Program-made: the position numbers and the translations under genes | Part shown: positions 32,090 through 54,130 of the stretch, one piece after another | How the letters are laid out: each line of letters starts with the position of its first letter | How positions within the stretch are numbered: the stretch's first letter is position 1 | Notes under the pieces: generated by a model | What the model was told of the DNA's origin: nothing | Databases searched by the model: none | What the model saw: only the letters and a program-made list of their open reading frames with translations | Assembly: GCF_009914755.1 (NCBI RefSeq) | Contig: NC_060944.1 | Length of the DNA stretch: 64,000 bases | Direction: 5' to 3' (one strand) | From: the human T2T-CHM13v2.0 reference genome, Homo sapiens

Positions 32090-32600
32090 GGATTGGTTAT
32101 CTATTGCTGCATAACACCCACCCCAAAACTTAGCTGCTTAAACAACAACTATTGTATTTGCTCAGGATTCTGTGGCTCAGCAATTCATGCTGGGCTCAGC
32201 TGGGCAGTTCTTCTGCTGGTCATGCCAGAGTCACTCATATGTCTATAGTGATACGGAACTTAACAGGGGCAGGCAGTCCAAGGTGGCCTCACTCACATGT
32301 CTGGGGCATCAGCTGGGATTCCTGGAACAGGTTGAGTGGCTGGATTATTCCGTGCATGTAGCCTCTCATCCTTAAGGAGTCTACTCCGACTTTATTCACA
32401 AGGTGACAGTGTTCCTAGAGAACCAGGCCCTGTGTATACAAGCATCCCAAGCTCCTGCCTGCCTCATGTTTGCTGATGGCCCACTGGCCAGCGCAAGTCA
32501 CATGGACAAGCCCCAAGTCAGTGTGAGAGGGGGCTATGCATAGGCGTGGATGTCAGGAAGTGTGGTCCATTGGACTCCATTAATGTCATGACGTTGCCAT
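32090..32600 (-). mobile_element. MaLR LTR (MLT1-type)
   Basis: tattgctgcataacaccaccccaaaacttagctgcttaaacaac... typical antisense MLT1. Confidence 0.65.
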
Positions 32601-33294
32601 GTAATATACAATGCATGCTTGGCCCTCAGCCTATGTCTAAGCTCAGGTGAGACCTTCCCTGGGACAGCCCAAGCATAAGCAAGTGAGCCTGGCAGGTGAG
32701 ACTAGAGCTGGTGCAACCTGCATTAATGAGGGGATTGGTGCTTTGATAGGATTAAACCAGGGGCTAGCATAGCACAGAGGAGGGGGCTTAACCAATGCCA
32801 GGGCTTTCAGAGGCCCTGTGGCTAGAGGTGACAAACACAGTCTCTCAAACCAGGCAGACCTGGGTTCAAGTCTTCACTCTGCCATTTCCTTCTTCTGTGG
32901 TCCTGGGCTAGTAACTCCCCTACTCTGACTGTCAGTTTCTTCATCTGTGAAATGGACCTCACAGGGTTGCTGTGAGAATCAAAGGAGCTCAGAAGAGCTT
33001 AGCCTGACACAAAGCAGCAGTCTATAAATGGTGGTGCTAGTGATCAGTGTGATAAGAGTGGTGATAAACATCATGGTCCCTGACATTGGTGACAGGAGGC
33101 AGGGTCATGGATGTTCTGGATGAGCAGAGAGCTCTGGATAGGTGACTAGGAGTGGCCTGTTAGAGGAGGGCAGGGAAGGGCATCCCAGGCAGAGAGAGCG
33201 GTGCATCCAAAGGCGTGGAGGTAGGATTGAGAATGATGTGCATGACCAACTGCGACACCATCGGTGTGTGCAGTGTGCCTCGAGGACGGGTGCC

Positions 33295-34660
<1,366 letters not shown>

Positions 34661-35126
34661 TCTCCCAAGGGCTCTTCTAGATGGAGCAGCTACCCACAGC
34701 CTGGTTCTGTTTTTGACGTAACAGCGTAGAACGCCCCTCTCCCGAGCACTCCCGAACTTTGAGAGAGACCTGATACTGCCACTTGGTGGCCAATAGAAAC
34801 TATGCAAGACCCGCTGTTTCGCCCTTTCTTCTTCCTTAAGAGTTTATTCACATTCATTCATTCATTCCACATTCATAATCCCTGATGGTGGTGGATCAAG
34901 TGTAGTTTTAAAAAGCATATTCGAAAATTACTTTTTTTAATATGCTTTCATCTTTGGTCATGAAATTTCATTTACAAGTCTACAATCCCTTACACTCTTC
35001 CAAAATCCAAAATTCTCTGCAAACTCAAAGCGTTTGCATCAGTTTATAAAAGCTTACTCAGTAGCTAAATCTAATCCGAACTGGCTTAAGGCTATTTATA
35101 GTCTTTCATTAACATTTCACAGTAAG

Positions 35127-35470
<344 letters not shown>

Positions 35471-35499
35471 TAGACCCCTCTAAGGATGTCGTAAAATAG

Positions 35500-35665
35500 C
35501 AGTAGTTCTCAAAGTGTGGTTCTGAGACCAGCTGCATTGGCATCAAATGGGAAATGGAAATGGAAATTCTCAGGCCCCACTTCAGACCTACGGAGTGAGT
35601 GTGGCCCAGCCCTCTGTGCTTTAACAAGCCCTCTTGGAGATTCTGACTCACGCTCACATATGAGA
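35500..35665. mobile_element. MER5A-like hAT DNA transposon
   Basis: cagtagttctcaaagtgtggt...aattctcaggccccac...ttaacaagccctc...gattctga. Confidence 0.7.
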
Positions 35666-35757
35666 GTCACTGATATAGACTCTATGCACCCACCACATTG
35701 CATTTATAAAATTCAAAAAATTGTGAAATTCCTAAGCACATGTAGTCCCATGCTTTA

Positions 35758-36207
<450 letters not shown>

Positions 36208-36713
36208 CTAACTTTTGCTGAGTTATTTATAACCTATCAGGCACTGCGCCAAGTGCCTATGCTTATCTAGTCCACATAATGCACCTAGGAGATAGTTACT
36301 TTTATCATACCCATTTTATGAATGGGGAAACTGAGGCAAGTGGTGTGAGCACCTACCAAAGCCTGAAGAAGGTCAGCAGTAGAAGCTGTGGCCTTCAGTA
36401 GAGGGACACAGCCAACTCACATGGCCTCACTTCTGCCCTCTTATCTCCTACAAGAAGCCAGAAGACAAGGGAATTCCTATGGTGTCATCCACAGTAGTGC
36501 AGAGCAAGATGAAGTATGCTACTCAGGCCTCCAAATTTCCCTCCAAAACAACTGCACCAGCGTTTGGTTCCTCCCACCCCAATGGGTTCCACTTACACAG
36601 TCTTAGGTCTGTAGGGCTAGTGAAGACAGCCAGCCTATCATTTATTATGCCTCTAGTGCAAATCTGGGTATCACAAATGCATGCTATTGTGGTTATAAAA
36701 TATAAAAGTATCA

Positions 36714-37025
<312 letters not shown>

Positions 37026-37621
37026 TATAAAAGTATCACACTGTAAGTGTTCATTTGCAGCTTGCATTTTTTCCCAACTCATTTTGTTTTTTCAGATTTA
37101 TCTATGTTGATGCAGGCAGCTTTATTTCTGTTCATTCTCTCTGTTGTTTAGAATTCTGCGATATTAAAGCACTCCTGAATCCATTTATCCATTCCCCCTT
37201 TGGTAGGCATTTAGGATGTTGCTGGCCTTTTGCAGATAAAGGCCTAATGAATATCTTTAGACATGTCTTCTACACAGGTGGGAGGTTTTCTCCTAGCTGG
37301 ATGTTCCTAAATGTGGAGCTGCTGTATTACTGGACGCGAGTACCCAACTTTCCCAAATAATGCCAAATTTCCCTCCAAAACGATTGCACCAGGGTTTGGT
37401 TCCTCCTACCCCATGGGGTTCCACTTACACAGTCTTAGCCCACCGCGGTATTGAGAGACTATTTTATTTATATTTATTTTGCCTTTCCGATGGATGTGAC
37501 CTCTACCTCCTATCTGTTTTATTTACATTTCCCTGATAATTCAGAAATGGAGCATCTCTTCAACCCATCTGTCATGTGGGGATAAACATTTTGCCTTTCC
37601 ACTTCAGGCTTTGCCTATGTA

Positions 37622-37851
37622 CAGTTGACCCTTAGGCAACATGGGTTTGAAGTGCACAGGTTCACTTAAACACAGTTTTGTTTTTGTTTTTTTTTCAATA
37701 AATACAGTAGGCTGCCCATATGGATGGGTTCTGCATCTGCAACCCAATGCGGATGGAAGATACCATATTTGCCGGAATCCTGCAGGACTCCTGAAATTTT
37801 ACGCACTGATTTTGGGAACCAGAGTCCTCTGCAGATACCGAGGGATGACAT
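37622..37851. mobile_element. MER8/Tigger2-derived DNA transposon
   Basis: ta|CAGTTGACCCTT...CAACATGGGTTTGAA left end, ...GATACCGAGGGATGAC right end, TA flanks. Confidence 0.65.
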
Positions 37852-38282
37852 ATCTTCCAAGCATAGATTTCTAGAATTTCAAAAGACCTTCCCTCTCTTA
37901 TTCCAGGCAGTAACACATGAAAAGCGCTTCGGCTTTCAGGCTGCCTCCTGGGCTGTGGGTGTTCCAGGCTCAATTTTGCCACTCAGGCCTGAGGAACAAT
38001 TTTGTTTGCTGTCGCTGGCATCTGTCCTTCCCCAGAGGCAAAGAGTGACAATCGCGAGATGGGTGAGAGCTGAGGGCAACCACAGTAGCAGCGCAACAAA
38101 ACAAATGCAGAAGGGAAGGAAACCTAACCCACATTTGTAATTTCCAAAATATTGTCTTGCTGCATTTTCAAGCTCTGTTTATTAAAGCCCTGATGTATGC
38201 CAGGAGTATATTTCTCTATCCTGCAAACACTTCCACCAGCCTCCTAAAGCAGGGTCACTTCATCCCTACAACAAATTCTTGC

Positions 38283-38900
<618 letters not shown>

Positions 38901-39004
38901 ATGTCCTTGCTCTTCCTATATGCCAGGCTATGTTAGGCACTGGGAATCCGTGTTAAGCAAAAAGGCCTGGTGTCTGATCAGAGCGCAGGGTGGCACTCAC
39001 TGGA

Positions 39005-39700
39005 TCAATGTCCTGGGGCTCCCATAACAAAATACTGCAGACTTGGTGGCTCAGACAATTTCCTCACATTTCTGGGGGTTAGGAGTCTGAGATCAAGGTG
39101 TCAGCAGTGCTGCCTTCTTTTTCTCTCTCCTTGGCTTGTAGGTGCTGTCTTCCTCCTGTGTCTTCACAGTGTCTTTTATCTGCCTCCAAATCTCCTCTAA
39201 TAAAGACATTGGTCCTACTGGATTAGGGTCTACCCATATGAACTCATTTGACCTTAGTCACCTTCTTTTATTCTTTTTTATTCTTTTTTTTTTTTTTTTC
39301 TGAGATGGACTCTCTCTCTGTCGCCCAGGCTGAAGTGCAGTGGCACGATCTTGGCTCACCACAATCTCCACCTCCCAGGTTCAAGTGATTCTCCTGCCTC
39401 AGGTTCCTGAATAGCTGGGATTACCGGAATCTGCCACCATGCCTGGCTAATTTTTGCATTTTTTAGTAGAGATGGGGTTATGCCATGTTGGCCAGGTTGG
39501 TCTTGAACTCCTGACCTCAAGTGATCTGCCTGCCTCAGCCTCCCTAAGTGCTGGGAATACAGGTGTGAGCCACCACACCCAGCTCCTTAGTCATCTTATG
39601 AAAGACCCTATCTCTGTATGCAGTCTCATGCTGAAATACTGGGGGTTAGGACTTCAACATAGGAATTTGGGAGTGGTGGGACTCAGTTCAGCTCATAACA
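39005..39700 (-). mobile_element. MaLR LTR (MLT1A/B-like) with an inserted antisense AluS (39265-39584)
   Basis: ccataacaaaatactgcagact...tctgagatcaaggtgtcagc...actgggggttaggacttcaacat. Confidence 0.7.
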
Positions 39701-40289
39701 CTGTCTAATGGGAGAAGCAGGATTAATATTCAATGCCACAACGATGTACAAAATCACAACTGTGGTCCCTGGGGTTATGAGAGCTACTACCAGGGGGTTT
39801 GGCTGAGTGGGCTCTAGGAAACCTTCCCTGAGAAAGTGATGGTTGAGCTGAGACCTGAAAGAGGTTGGGGGCTAAGCAGAGGGAGGGAACAGCAGGCCAG
39901 GTGTAGGGACAAGATATGCTGCAGGGCTGGGAATACCCCAGTAGGCACATGAAGACCAAAGGCATTAAGCGGCACAGGTTGCTGAGGGGGGACTTCTGGG
40001 CACTATGTTGGAGATGGTGGCAACTTACCCCAGGTAAAAATCACCAGAGCACTCTTTTAAAAATACAGATCCCAGGCCTCATCCAGGTCTGCTGAATCAG
40101 AATGGCCAAGGGGAAGGGCCCGAGAATCTGCATTCCCTCACAATTTTTCTTATTTTGAAAAATATCAAATCTAGAGAAATGGAAAGAAAAGTACAAGGAA
40201 CACCTGAACCCCCTTCACCTAGACTCACCAGTTGTTAACATTTTGGCTCATTTTTGCTTTCTCTCTCTCCCTCCCTCACTCTCTCCTCA

Positions 40290-40985
<696 letters not shown>

Positions 40986-41555
40986 TCATCTAATGTACAG
41001 ATAATATTTAAATTCCCTGTGGTTTACAACATTTCTTTCATAGCTATTTACTTGTTCAGTCCAAGAGCCAATCAAGGTGCACGCATTATGCACTTTTTAT
41101 TGTGTCCTTTTAATCTCTTTCAATCTGGAATAAGTCCCTGCCACTATAAAAAATATTAACTTTTAAAAAGAGAGTCTAGGCTTTTAGAATGCCCCACATT
41201 CTAGATTTGTCTTAATTTTCCTCATGATTAAAATCAGGTTAAGTATTTTTGGCAAGAATATGACATAGAAGATGTTGAGTATATCTTATTGCATCACAGT
41301 GGGGGCGAACAATGTCAGGTTGTCCCACTATGGTGATGCTGTGTGATCTCGCGTTTAAGCAGAGACCACTGGAGTTCTCTGATGTAAAGGTACATTTTCC
41401 CCTTTTACCTAGTAAATGATCTGTGGCATGATGTTTTGAAGAGTGTGACTATTCTGTTACCCAATACCTTTTTTCTCAATGGCTGTAGCAGCTGTTCATG
41501 GTTGTTGTTCCCTCAATCAATTATTATATTGGTGGGTGCAAAAAGGAATCTGCAT

Positions 41556-41676
41556 CTTTCTTTCCTTCCTTCCTTCCTTCCTTCCTTCTTTTCTTTCTTT
41601 CTTTCTCCTTCCTTCCTTCCTTCTTTCTTTCTTTCTTTCTTTCTTTCTCTCTCTCTCTCTTTCTTTCTTTCTTTCA
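41556..41676. repeat. (TTCC)n/(TTTC)n/(TC)n polypyrimidine tract (expanded Alu tail)
   Basis: About 120 bp of pyrimidines. Confidence 0.93.
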
Positions 41677-41963
<287 letters not shown>

Positions 41964-42228
41964 GAATCTGCATTTTTAATAAGTGCCTCAGGTGACTTTT
42001 CTTTGCCTGGAATTTTGGAAACCCCATTTAAGTCAACATAAGGAATACAGGAGAATGAGGCATTGCTACCAAGGCAGCTGAAGGCATTAGCTAAAGCCTA
42101 TTATTCATTAGAATCTGCTAAAATGCATATTCTGAGGCCCGTACACCAAAGAATGAGAAACGGGTGCAAAGGACAGGCCCAGGAAGGAGGATTTTAATAC
42201 TATCTCTCCCCTACCATCCTGCCAACCG

Positions 42229-42672
42229 TGGATATGGTTTGTTTGTTGCCACCAAAATTCATGTTAAAATTTGACCTTCAGAATGAAGGTTTGGGGATGT
42301 GGCACCTAGTGGGAGATGTTTGAGTAATAGTGGCAGATCTCTCAGGAATAACTTGGTGCTGTTCTCCCAGTAGTGAGTGAGTTCTGGCTCTGGGGAGACT
42401 GGAATGGTTGTTGCAGGAACGGATTATTTCCCACAAGAGTGGGTTGTCATAAAGCCAGCACAGTCCTCAGGTTTCCCCTTTTTGCACATGTCTGTTTCCC
42501 TTTTGACCTTCTCCCTTCTCTACCATGTTGCGATAGAGGAAAACCCTTGCCAGAAGCCTGGGCCATGCCCTTGAACTTCTCAGCCTGCAGAACCGTGAGC
42601 TAAATAAACCTCTTTTCTTTATAAACTACCCAGTCTCAGGTACTCTCTTATAGCCACAGAAAATGGACTAAA
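42229..42672 (+). mobile_element. MST-type MaLR solo LTR
   Basis: gatatggtttg...cagaaccgtgagctaaataaacctcttttctttataaactacccagtctcagg...atggactaa. Confidence 0.8.
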
Positions 42673-42966
42673 CTCCCTCTCCCATTTCCTACCCACTTTG
42701 TGGTCACCAAAACTTGTGAAACACTGACTTAGGTGGTGATTCTTAATCCTGGCTAAGTTAAGTGAAGTTGCATTTTCAACATGCCTTGGGAGTTCTTTTG
42801 ATCTGTATGTATGTTTAAAAATAAACCTCCAGAGATTTTGATTCAAAGGGTCTGGGGTAGAACCCAGCCATCAGAAAAATTTAAAACCTCTTAGTGATTC
42901 CAAAGTACCACCAAGACTGAGAGCCACTGCACAAGATTCTCCATAAATTGAATATAAAAATGAAAG

Positions 42967-43374
<408 letters not shown>

Positions 43375-43838
43375 TTATGGGGCTCCTACTGTGTGCAAAC
43401 AGCTCTTGGGGAGCTTACAAAAGAGGTAAAAGTCACTTCCCACAAAAGCATGAGGACGTGGGAAAAAACCACACATACAAACACTTATAAGTATTGTACA
43501 ATCAGAATTGTACAGACCAGGAAACCGACATTCAGAAGAGGAAATGACCGCCCAGCGAGTTCATGCCAGAGCCAGAACTCTTACCTGGGATGCCTTTCTC
43601 CTTCTTGGCTCATTTTTACTTGAACCCAAGTTGAACCCTCTGCACTTCCTGCTCTTCTGTTGGTTGGGCCTGGCCTGGAGCTATCATCTTCATCATCAGG
43701 AGTAGCAGCATGGGGACAAGGGCAGCCTATCAAGGCTTATTCTGGGTCTAGCATTAGACTAAGTATCTGTTGAATGAATGAATGAATGTAGCCAGCCTAG
43801 CACCTGCCCACAGGCTGACATTAAGAACCACAAGTTCA

Positions 43839-44446
<608 letters not shown>

Positions 44447-44542
44447 GACCTTGGTTCAGATAACCTCTAGAATGAATCCCTTTAAACACTGAAATTAGTT
44501 CATTTTTCACAGACTCAGGAATCTCTAGACCTTGCCTCATAG

Positions 44543-44873
<331 letters not shown>

Positions 44874-45184
44874 TACCTTCTGTATAATTTCTATGGAACT
44901 ATGAATTTACTTAGTTGCTGTTGACCGGTTGACCTAAAGTTATGTTGACATTTAACTCTATATTTTTAAACATCAGTGTTTAGATTTTGTATGTTGGAGC
45001 CCATTTATTTATTTGGCGGCCCTCAAACATTTTCCCATAGCCTCGTAGAATATTCAGTGGCCTTGGACTGTCCCTTAATGTCTTACTACAGATGGTACCA
45101 CAGATGACCTCCAAAATAAAGGAAGAGACTTTCCTGCCTGTGGACAGGAGAGAGAGGTGTGGAGGATGAGAGCATAGTTTAACT

Positions 45185-48210
<3,026 letters not shown>

Positions 48211-49599
48211 TTACTTTAACTTTTGATACCGAACACAGTGTGAGAGGTGAATGAACAGCATGACATTGGAGTTGGGAGCCCCCTCCCTCCAAAGGCCTTA
48301 TTTTAGGAACACAGGCCCCAAGTGCCACACAAGCCTTGGAGAGATGGGTTCCCATCCTCTCAGCCCATGGCTCTTCATTATCAATCAATGGAAACATTCT
48401 TCGGAGAACAATGATTCCCTTGGGTTATTTTAAACATGGCTTTAAGTCTTCCCCACATGCTCTACTGTCTAATTGCTTTTCCTGAAACAGTGTCATTCAC
48501 AACTGGATTATTAATGAACTGAGAGGGAGCCAGGGAGCCAATGAAGGGGGCTTACAGAGTTCCTGGAGAGGGCCTGGGGGCCTGGAACAAGTTCAACCCA
48601 CAGATTTTCTCTCCCCCAAGAAAGGTGACTGAGCAAACAGAAAATCACTAAACTCAGGTGATGCTGGTGGCCTCAAAAGAATATTGCCAGTGAAAAAAAA
48701 AGGATTCGGGCGAGTTCCTCAAACATGACAGCTGAGAATCAAATTAACTGGATACCATCCCCAAACTCCCCAAACTTAAACTCTGAATTTCCCCAGCTGG
48801 CTGGCCCTGGGGTGCCTAGGGCTCTCATCTGTAGGCCGGGAAAGCTCAGGAAACAAGGCCTTTGTGGAGAAGAGAAACCTATTGTTCTAAGGCCAGGGTT
48901 CAGCAAATGTGGATTCCAGAGAATGTTTGGGGAGGTTTTCTCTGCTTTGTTTATGAACTTTCTTTTCTCTTCCTGGGGTGGTGATGGTGGGGGGTGACTC
49001 TCAGCAACTTAAATAGTTAAACCCATTGTGTTGTAAAGAAAGGCTGGTGCACAGAGTGCAGAGGCCTTCAGCCCCAGAAAGAGGCTTGAATGAGGTGACA
49101 GAAGCCACCGGGTATGTTTTGCTTTTTATTTTTAGCGTTAAATCTCAGGGAAGCAGCCCCTATCTTCATCCTGCACATCTCAAAGGGCGTCAGACGTCAG
49201 CAGAGGTACGACCACTTCCTTCCTCCAGCGCTTCACCTCCCTTCTTTCCAGAAAGAGGAAATGATGCGAGTCCACACCGCAGGCCACAGCCCCCATGTCT
49301 CGGCCCCAGCAGCTGGGGGACCTGGCCCCACAGATCTGTCCCCAGCGCAAGGCCAGGGCCGGCCCCTGGACCTCCTGGGAAGCCTTCAGACTCAGGCCGC
49401 GCAGGCCTTCAAGCTAGGAACCCTGAGTTCCTGGCCCTGGCATTCATTCTGTGTGACCTTGAGCAGGTTACCACTCCTCTCTGGGCTTCAGGATTCCCGT
49501 CTGTCAAATGGGAGCAGGGATACCGTCCTTGGCTTCCCTCTTTCCATGGTCGGGGTGGGGGTTAGGAAAACTATTTTGGAGGAGGGGGCAGCGTTAAGA

Positions 49600-51310
49600 A
49601 AACTATTCCGAAGCCTGGCCACGTCCCAACCGGTTTCAACTTCCTGCAGCTCAGAAGAGGGGTCCCCACCCGAGAGCGCCGGGACCCTGTCCCGCGCTGC
49701 CTCCCAAGCCGGATGGGGTTGAGCGCGCCCACCCCAGTCCCAGGAGCTCAGGCCCCGCCTTGGGGGAGGAGCCGAGAGGCGGCGCGGAGGCTCGCGGCCG
49801 AGCAGAGCCAGCTCTGTCGCCGCTGGAGCAGCTGCGGCTCGGGGACCCACAGACACAGCCGGGGTCGGGAGCCGCCCGGGGCAGGGCTCGGGAGAGCGGG
49901 TGAGTTCCCCGGCGGCGCCACCACCCTCCTTGCGCTCTGCGGCTTCGCAGGGCGGGGGATGAGGATGGGGCGGGGAGGTGGTCCCAGCCTGCTATCACCT
50001 AGCTGGGGGCCGGGGCGCTTTGGCCAAGGGACGATAGCTTGAGATAAATGGGAGTGTGGGGACTCTGGAAAGACGGGTACCGAGAGCGCTAGGTCCGGGA
50101 GTCGGGCTGGAATGGGGGCGTTCTCCCCGGCCTCGCAATTCCTTGACGAGGCCAGGGGAGGGGGCGCATTGGCAGGTTGTTGGCTGCGGCCGTCGTAGAC
50201 CGATCTTGGGGCGGGGAGGTGGGGTCCTCGGTCTGTTCTGGACTCATGGGGCCGCCGTCTGCCGGGGGTGCAATGCCGGGCGGCGGGAGCCACAGCGGAC
50301 ACCAAACAACCCCCCCCCGCGCACTCTCCCGGCCGGGCATGGTGGTGCCGCCCCCTCGCGTGGCGGGGCTTGGTCCTGGCGGGCAGCGGCAGGGCGCAGA
50401 GAGCGCTCCTGCCCGGGCGGGAAAGATCCCCAAGGCAGGCGCCTCCACCTGCAGACCCGCCCCGCCTCAGGATCCGGCTGACAGCACCAGCCAGCCCGGG
50501 GAGACCCCGCGAGTGGTAGTTCCCCGGGAGGGGCGCGCCCGGCCTCTCCCAGGGCCCCGTGCGCCGGCGGCTGGGTCCCCCGCGCCAGGAGCGCTCCCCT
50601 CTGGGCGACTCCGGCTCATCGATTCCGGCCCAGAGGAGCGCCCCCGGGCGCCGAGGATGGGCGGAGACGTGCAGCCGCCCCTGAGAGGTCGCCCAGAGGG
50701 GTCTCCCCAAGGTCACCCGGAGTGCCCAGGCTGAGCTGCCCAGACCGCCCCGGGTGGAGAGCCGGGAGGCAGGCGCTCGCTGCCCTCCTCCTTCCCCCAT
50801 GTAGACTCCCTTCCTCCGCTCCCCCACCCCGGCCCGGCCTCCAGCTTCACTGGAGATGCTGATGATGCAGCTCCCAGCCCTTGGAGGATAATTGAGCCTG
50901 GGAGAGCTTTGAATCTGGCCCTCCTGAGACCCCAGGGCTGCGCCGCTGCCGCGCGCCAGGCCTGGGTCCCGGTGCTCCCGGGCACCTCAGGAGCGGAGGG
51001 AGAGGGATGTGGCTTCATCAGCGCTTCTAGGAACCGAAAACCGAGCTGCCTGCGCGCCCATGTGATTGCATTTCACATAAAGGGCCCCTGTTTTCACTGT
51101 CAGAAGAGCCCCCCAGCTCTCCGCGGCTTTGGACACCAGGTGCCGCCTCTGAATCACCCTCTGTGGAGGACCCGGGGCCCGGAGGTACAGGCGCCCTTTC
51201 CCGCAGGGCTCTCCCTGGAAAGGGCCTGCCGATGGCGGCCTCAGTCCGCAGGGGTACTTCCCTGTGTACCCTGCCATTTCCTGCGGCTGGTGAAGCACCG
51301 GAGAAAAACC
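49600..51310. promoter_or_regulatory. PPP1R16B: CpG island promoter, inferred PPP1R16B (TIMAP)
   Basis: Very GC/CpG-rich, repeat-free, many GGGCGG boxes. The gene name comes from recalled ACTR5-PPP1R16B adjacency, not from coding sequence. Confidence 0.85.
49804..49899 (+). other. PPP1R16B: Non-coding first exon, inferred PPP1R16B exon 1 (5' end approximate)
   Basis: Consensus donor CGG|GTGAGT at 49899/49900 in the 5' part of the CpG island; no ATG in the exon. Confidence 0.7.
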
Positions 51311-52857
51311 GTCCATCTAGGAGGCCTCCTCCAAGGCTGGTAATAAAGCTTCTTAGCCCAGCCAGCGACTAGCTGTCTACTCGTGGGCAAGGTACTTGGC
51401 TTCTGGAGTCTCAACTGCCTCTAAGATACGGGGCTAACAGCCGCCAGGCTGTGGGGAGATGAGGGAGAGGCTGGGTGCAGCAGAGCGGGAGGATGAACAC
51501 TCCTTGGCCAATACTGGCCGCCCTCGGGATTGGCTTTGAGTGGGGCGTGTCTCTCTTAGACAGGTGCAGAAGTGGAGCCCTGGTGGGTGGTTCTGCAGGG
51601 GCTGGGGGAGTTTCCACATCTTCCTCCCCCAGCTCTGTCATAAAAAGCCAGCTTGCAGGAGGCCGGTGGGGGCCAGCAAATCCTTCCAGCCGGCTGCCTG
51701 CTCACACGGCCCTTCCCACACAAATCTCCCATGCCCTTCTCTCCCACCTGTCACCCAAATCCCATCTTCCTGGCTGAGTCCCCAGGATGCTGGGGGCAAG
51801 ATGTCAACCAGGCCACCCTGGACTGTCAACTCTGTGCCTACTTGTCTACTGGGGTCTACCTAACAGTGTTCCCCTGTCCTGGAACCTTCCTGGCTCCAGC
51901 TCTTCCCAGCCTCTGTAATGTCTTCTTTCCCCTCTTTTGGTCTCCTACCACCGTGACACTCATTAGTGGCTCTGTGGTTCATGTGTCAAGGGCCCCGTGC
52001 CATCTGTGCTCTCCAGATCATCCATGGCCTAGAAAGACACGGTAGGCAAGGCCCTGTGCCCACTCAGACTTTGCTCTCCCTGGTAATTGACGGAGTGGAG
52101 GTTAAATTCTAATCTAGCTGTTAAGTCATTTCAGGAGCTTGAGCCACAGGGCTAAGAGGATACTGATGTAGGCAGGTGGTTTTTCCTTAAAGCCAGAACC
52201 TTTCTCCTTTCTGCAGAGCCCATTTGAGCCCTTTGGAAACTAGGCCTATGTGTGATGGCCTCACAGAATCCTCACAACCCCGTGAAGTAGGCATTACTGA
52301 TTCCCATTTTGCAGATGGGAAAACTGGGGCTCAGCTCCTCTCAAAACCAGCTCCATGCCCCAAGTGTAGCAACAGAGGCTGCAGCCAACCTGGTTTAGGA
52401 GAAGGCAGAAGGCACATACCTGAATTCAGGTGCTGTGCTTGGACTCTTGGGACCCCATCCCCCCAACCTTTCCCTCCCCTCTCCCAACCTAGCCACCACC
52501 CCTCCTGCACCCAGGACTCTTGTCACATTTGTTGACCAGGAGGTCCCAACTGGCACTCTTCCAGCAGAGACCAGGAAAACCTTCACTGTCCTGAGTGCAT
52601 CTTAGCAATTGGGCTTCAAGAAGGGCTCGGACAAGCCTGCCTCTTACAGAAAGCTACGAGTATGAAGAGTGAGGGAGCCAGAGAGGTCTAATTTTAATTA
52701 GGGATCTATACCTAAAAGCTCTGTGACCTGTATACATGACTTAATCTCTCTGAGTCTGGTTTTCTCATTTGTAAAATAGGTATCACAGTAATGCCTACTT
52801 TGTGGGATTGTAAGGATTCCATGAGACCATTAACACATAGAAAGTGCTCAGTACTAG

Positions 52858-53251
<394 letters not shown>

Positions 53252-53807
53252 TCAAAGGTCCCACCTCCTCCAGTGCTAGGGTGGGGAGTGAGTGCGACCC
53301 TGTCTCTTCTGCCTGTAGCCATCAGGACGGGGAAAGCCTCTCAGCCTGTCTCCTGGGGCGGGGGTGGGGGCTCACTCCTGGGAACTTGAGTCTAGCACCA
53401 GCTTTTCCCCGGGGAGTCTGTGAGCAGCCACTTAGCCTTTCTCAGCTGACTGCCATTTTCCAGGATTCATTGATTCATTCAAAAGACGTTTATTCCATCC
53501 CAGCCCTTGTGCTTAGCAAGGGATTTCAAGATGAATGAGGCAGCTCTCAGAGTTCTCCCTCTATGGGGAGAGGCAGGCCTGGAGACAGATAATGAGGACA
53601 CTGTGGGATAAAGGCTGCAACAGCAAGAAGAGAGAGTGACGAGCAGATCCACATGGCTCAGGCTGACCCAGGTCTGAATCTTGAAGCTGCCACCTTGTAG
53701 CTGGGTGAGGATGGACAGAGGCCTTACCTCTCAAGCAGATAAGCCACCTCCCTAAGATGATGATGTGAGGAGAGAAGTGAGACACTGTGGATAAAAAACC
53801 TAGCTTG

Positions 53808-54130
53808 GACCAGGTGCGGTGGCTCATGCCTGTAATCCCAGCAATTTGGGAGGCAGAGGTGGGCAGACTGATTGACTCCAGGAGTTCGAGACTAGCCTGG
53901 GCAATATGGCAAAACCCCGTCTCTACAAAAAATACAAAAAATTAGCCAGGCATGGTGGTGTGCACCTGTAGTCCCAGCTACTTGGAAGGCTGAGGTGGGA
54001 GAATCACCTGAACGGGGGAAGTGGAGGCTCCTGTGAGCCATGATTGCGTGCACCTCTGCACTCTAGCCTGGGCAACAGAGTAAGACCTTGTTTCGAAAAA
54101 AAAAAAAAAAAAAAAAACAAAACCAAAAAA
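53808..54130 (+). mobile_element. AluJ
   Basis: Dimer; TSD aaaaacc(t/c)agcttgg. Confidence 0.87.

Noticed and set aside
49748-50827. 359-aa minus-strand ORF and other 100-200 aa ORFs at 49.0-51.3 kb
   Set aside because: They lie in a CpG island where stop codons are rare; R/P/G/A-rich with no domain, and overlapping ORFs occur in all frames.
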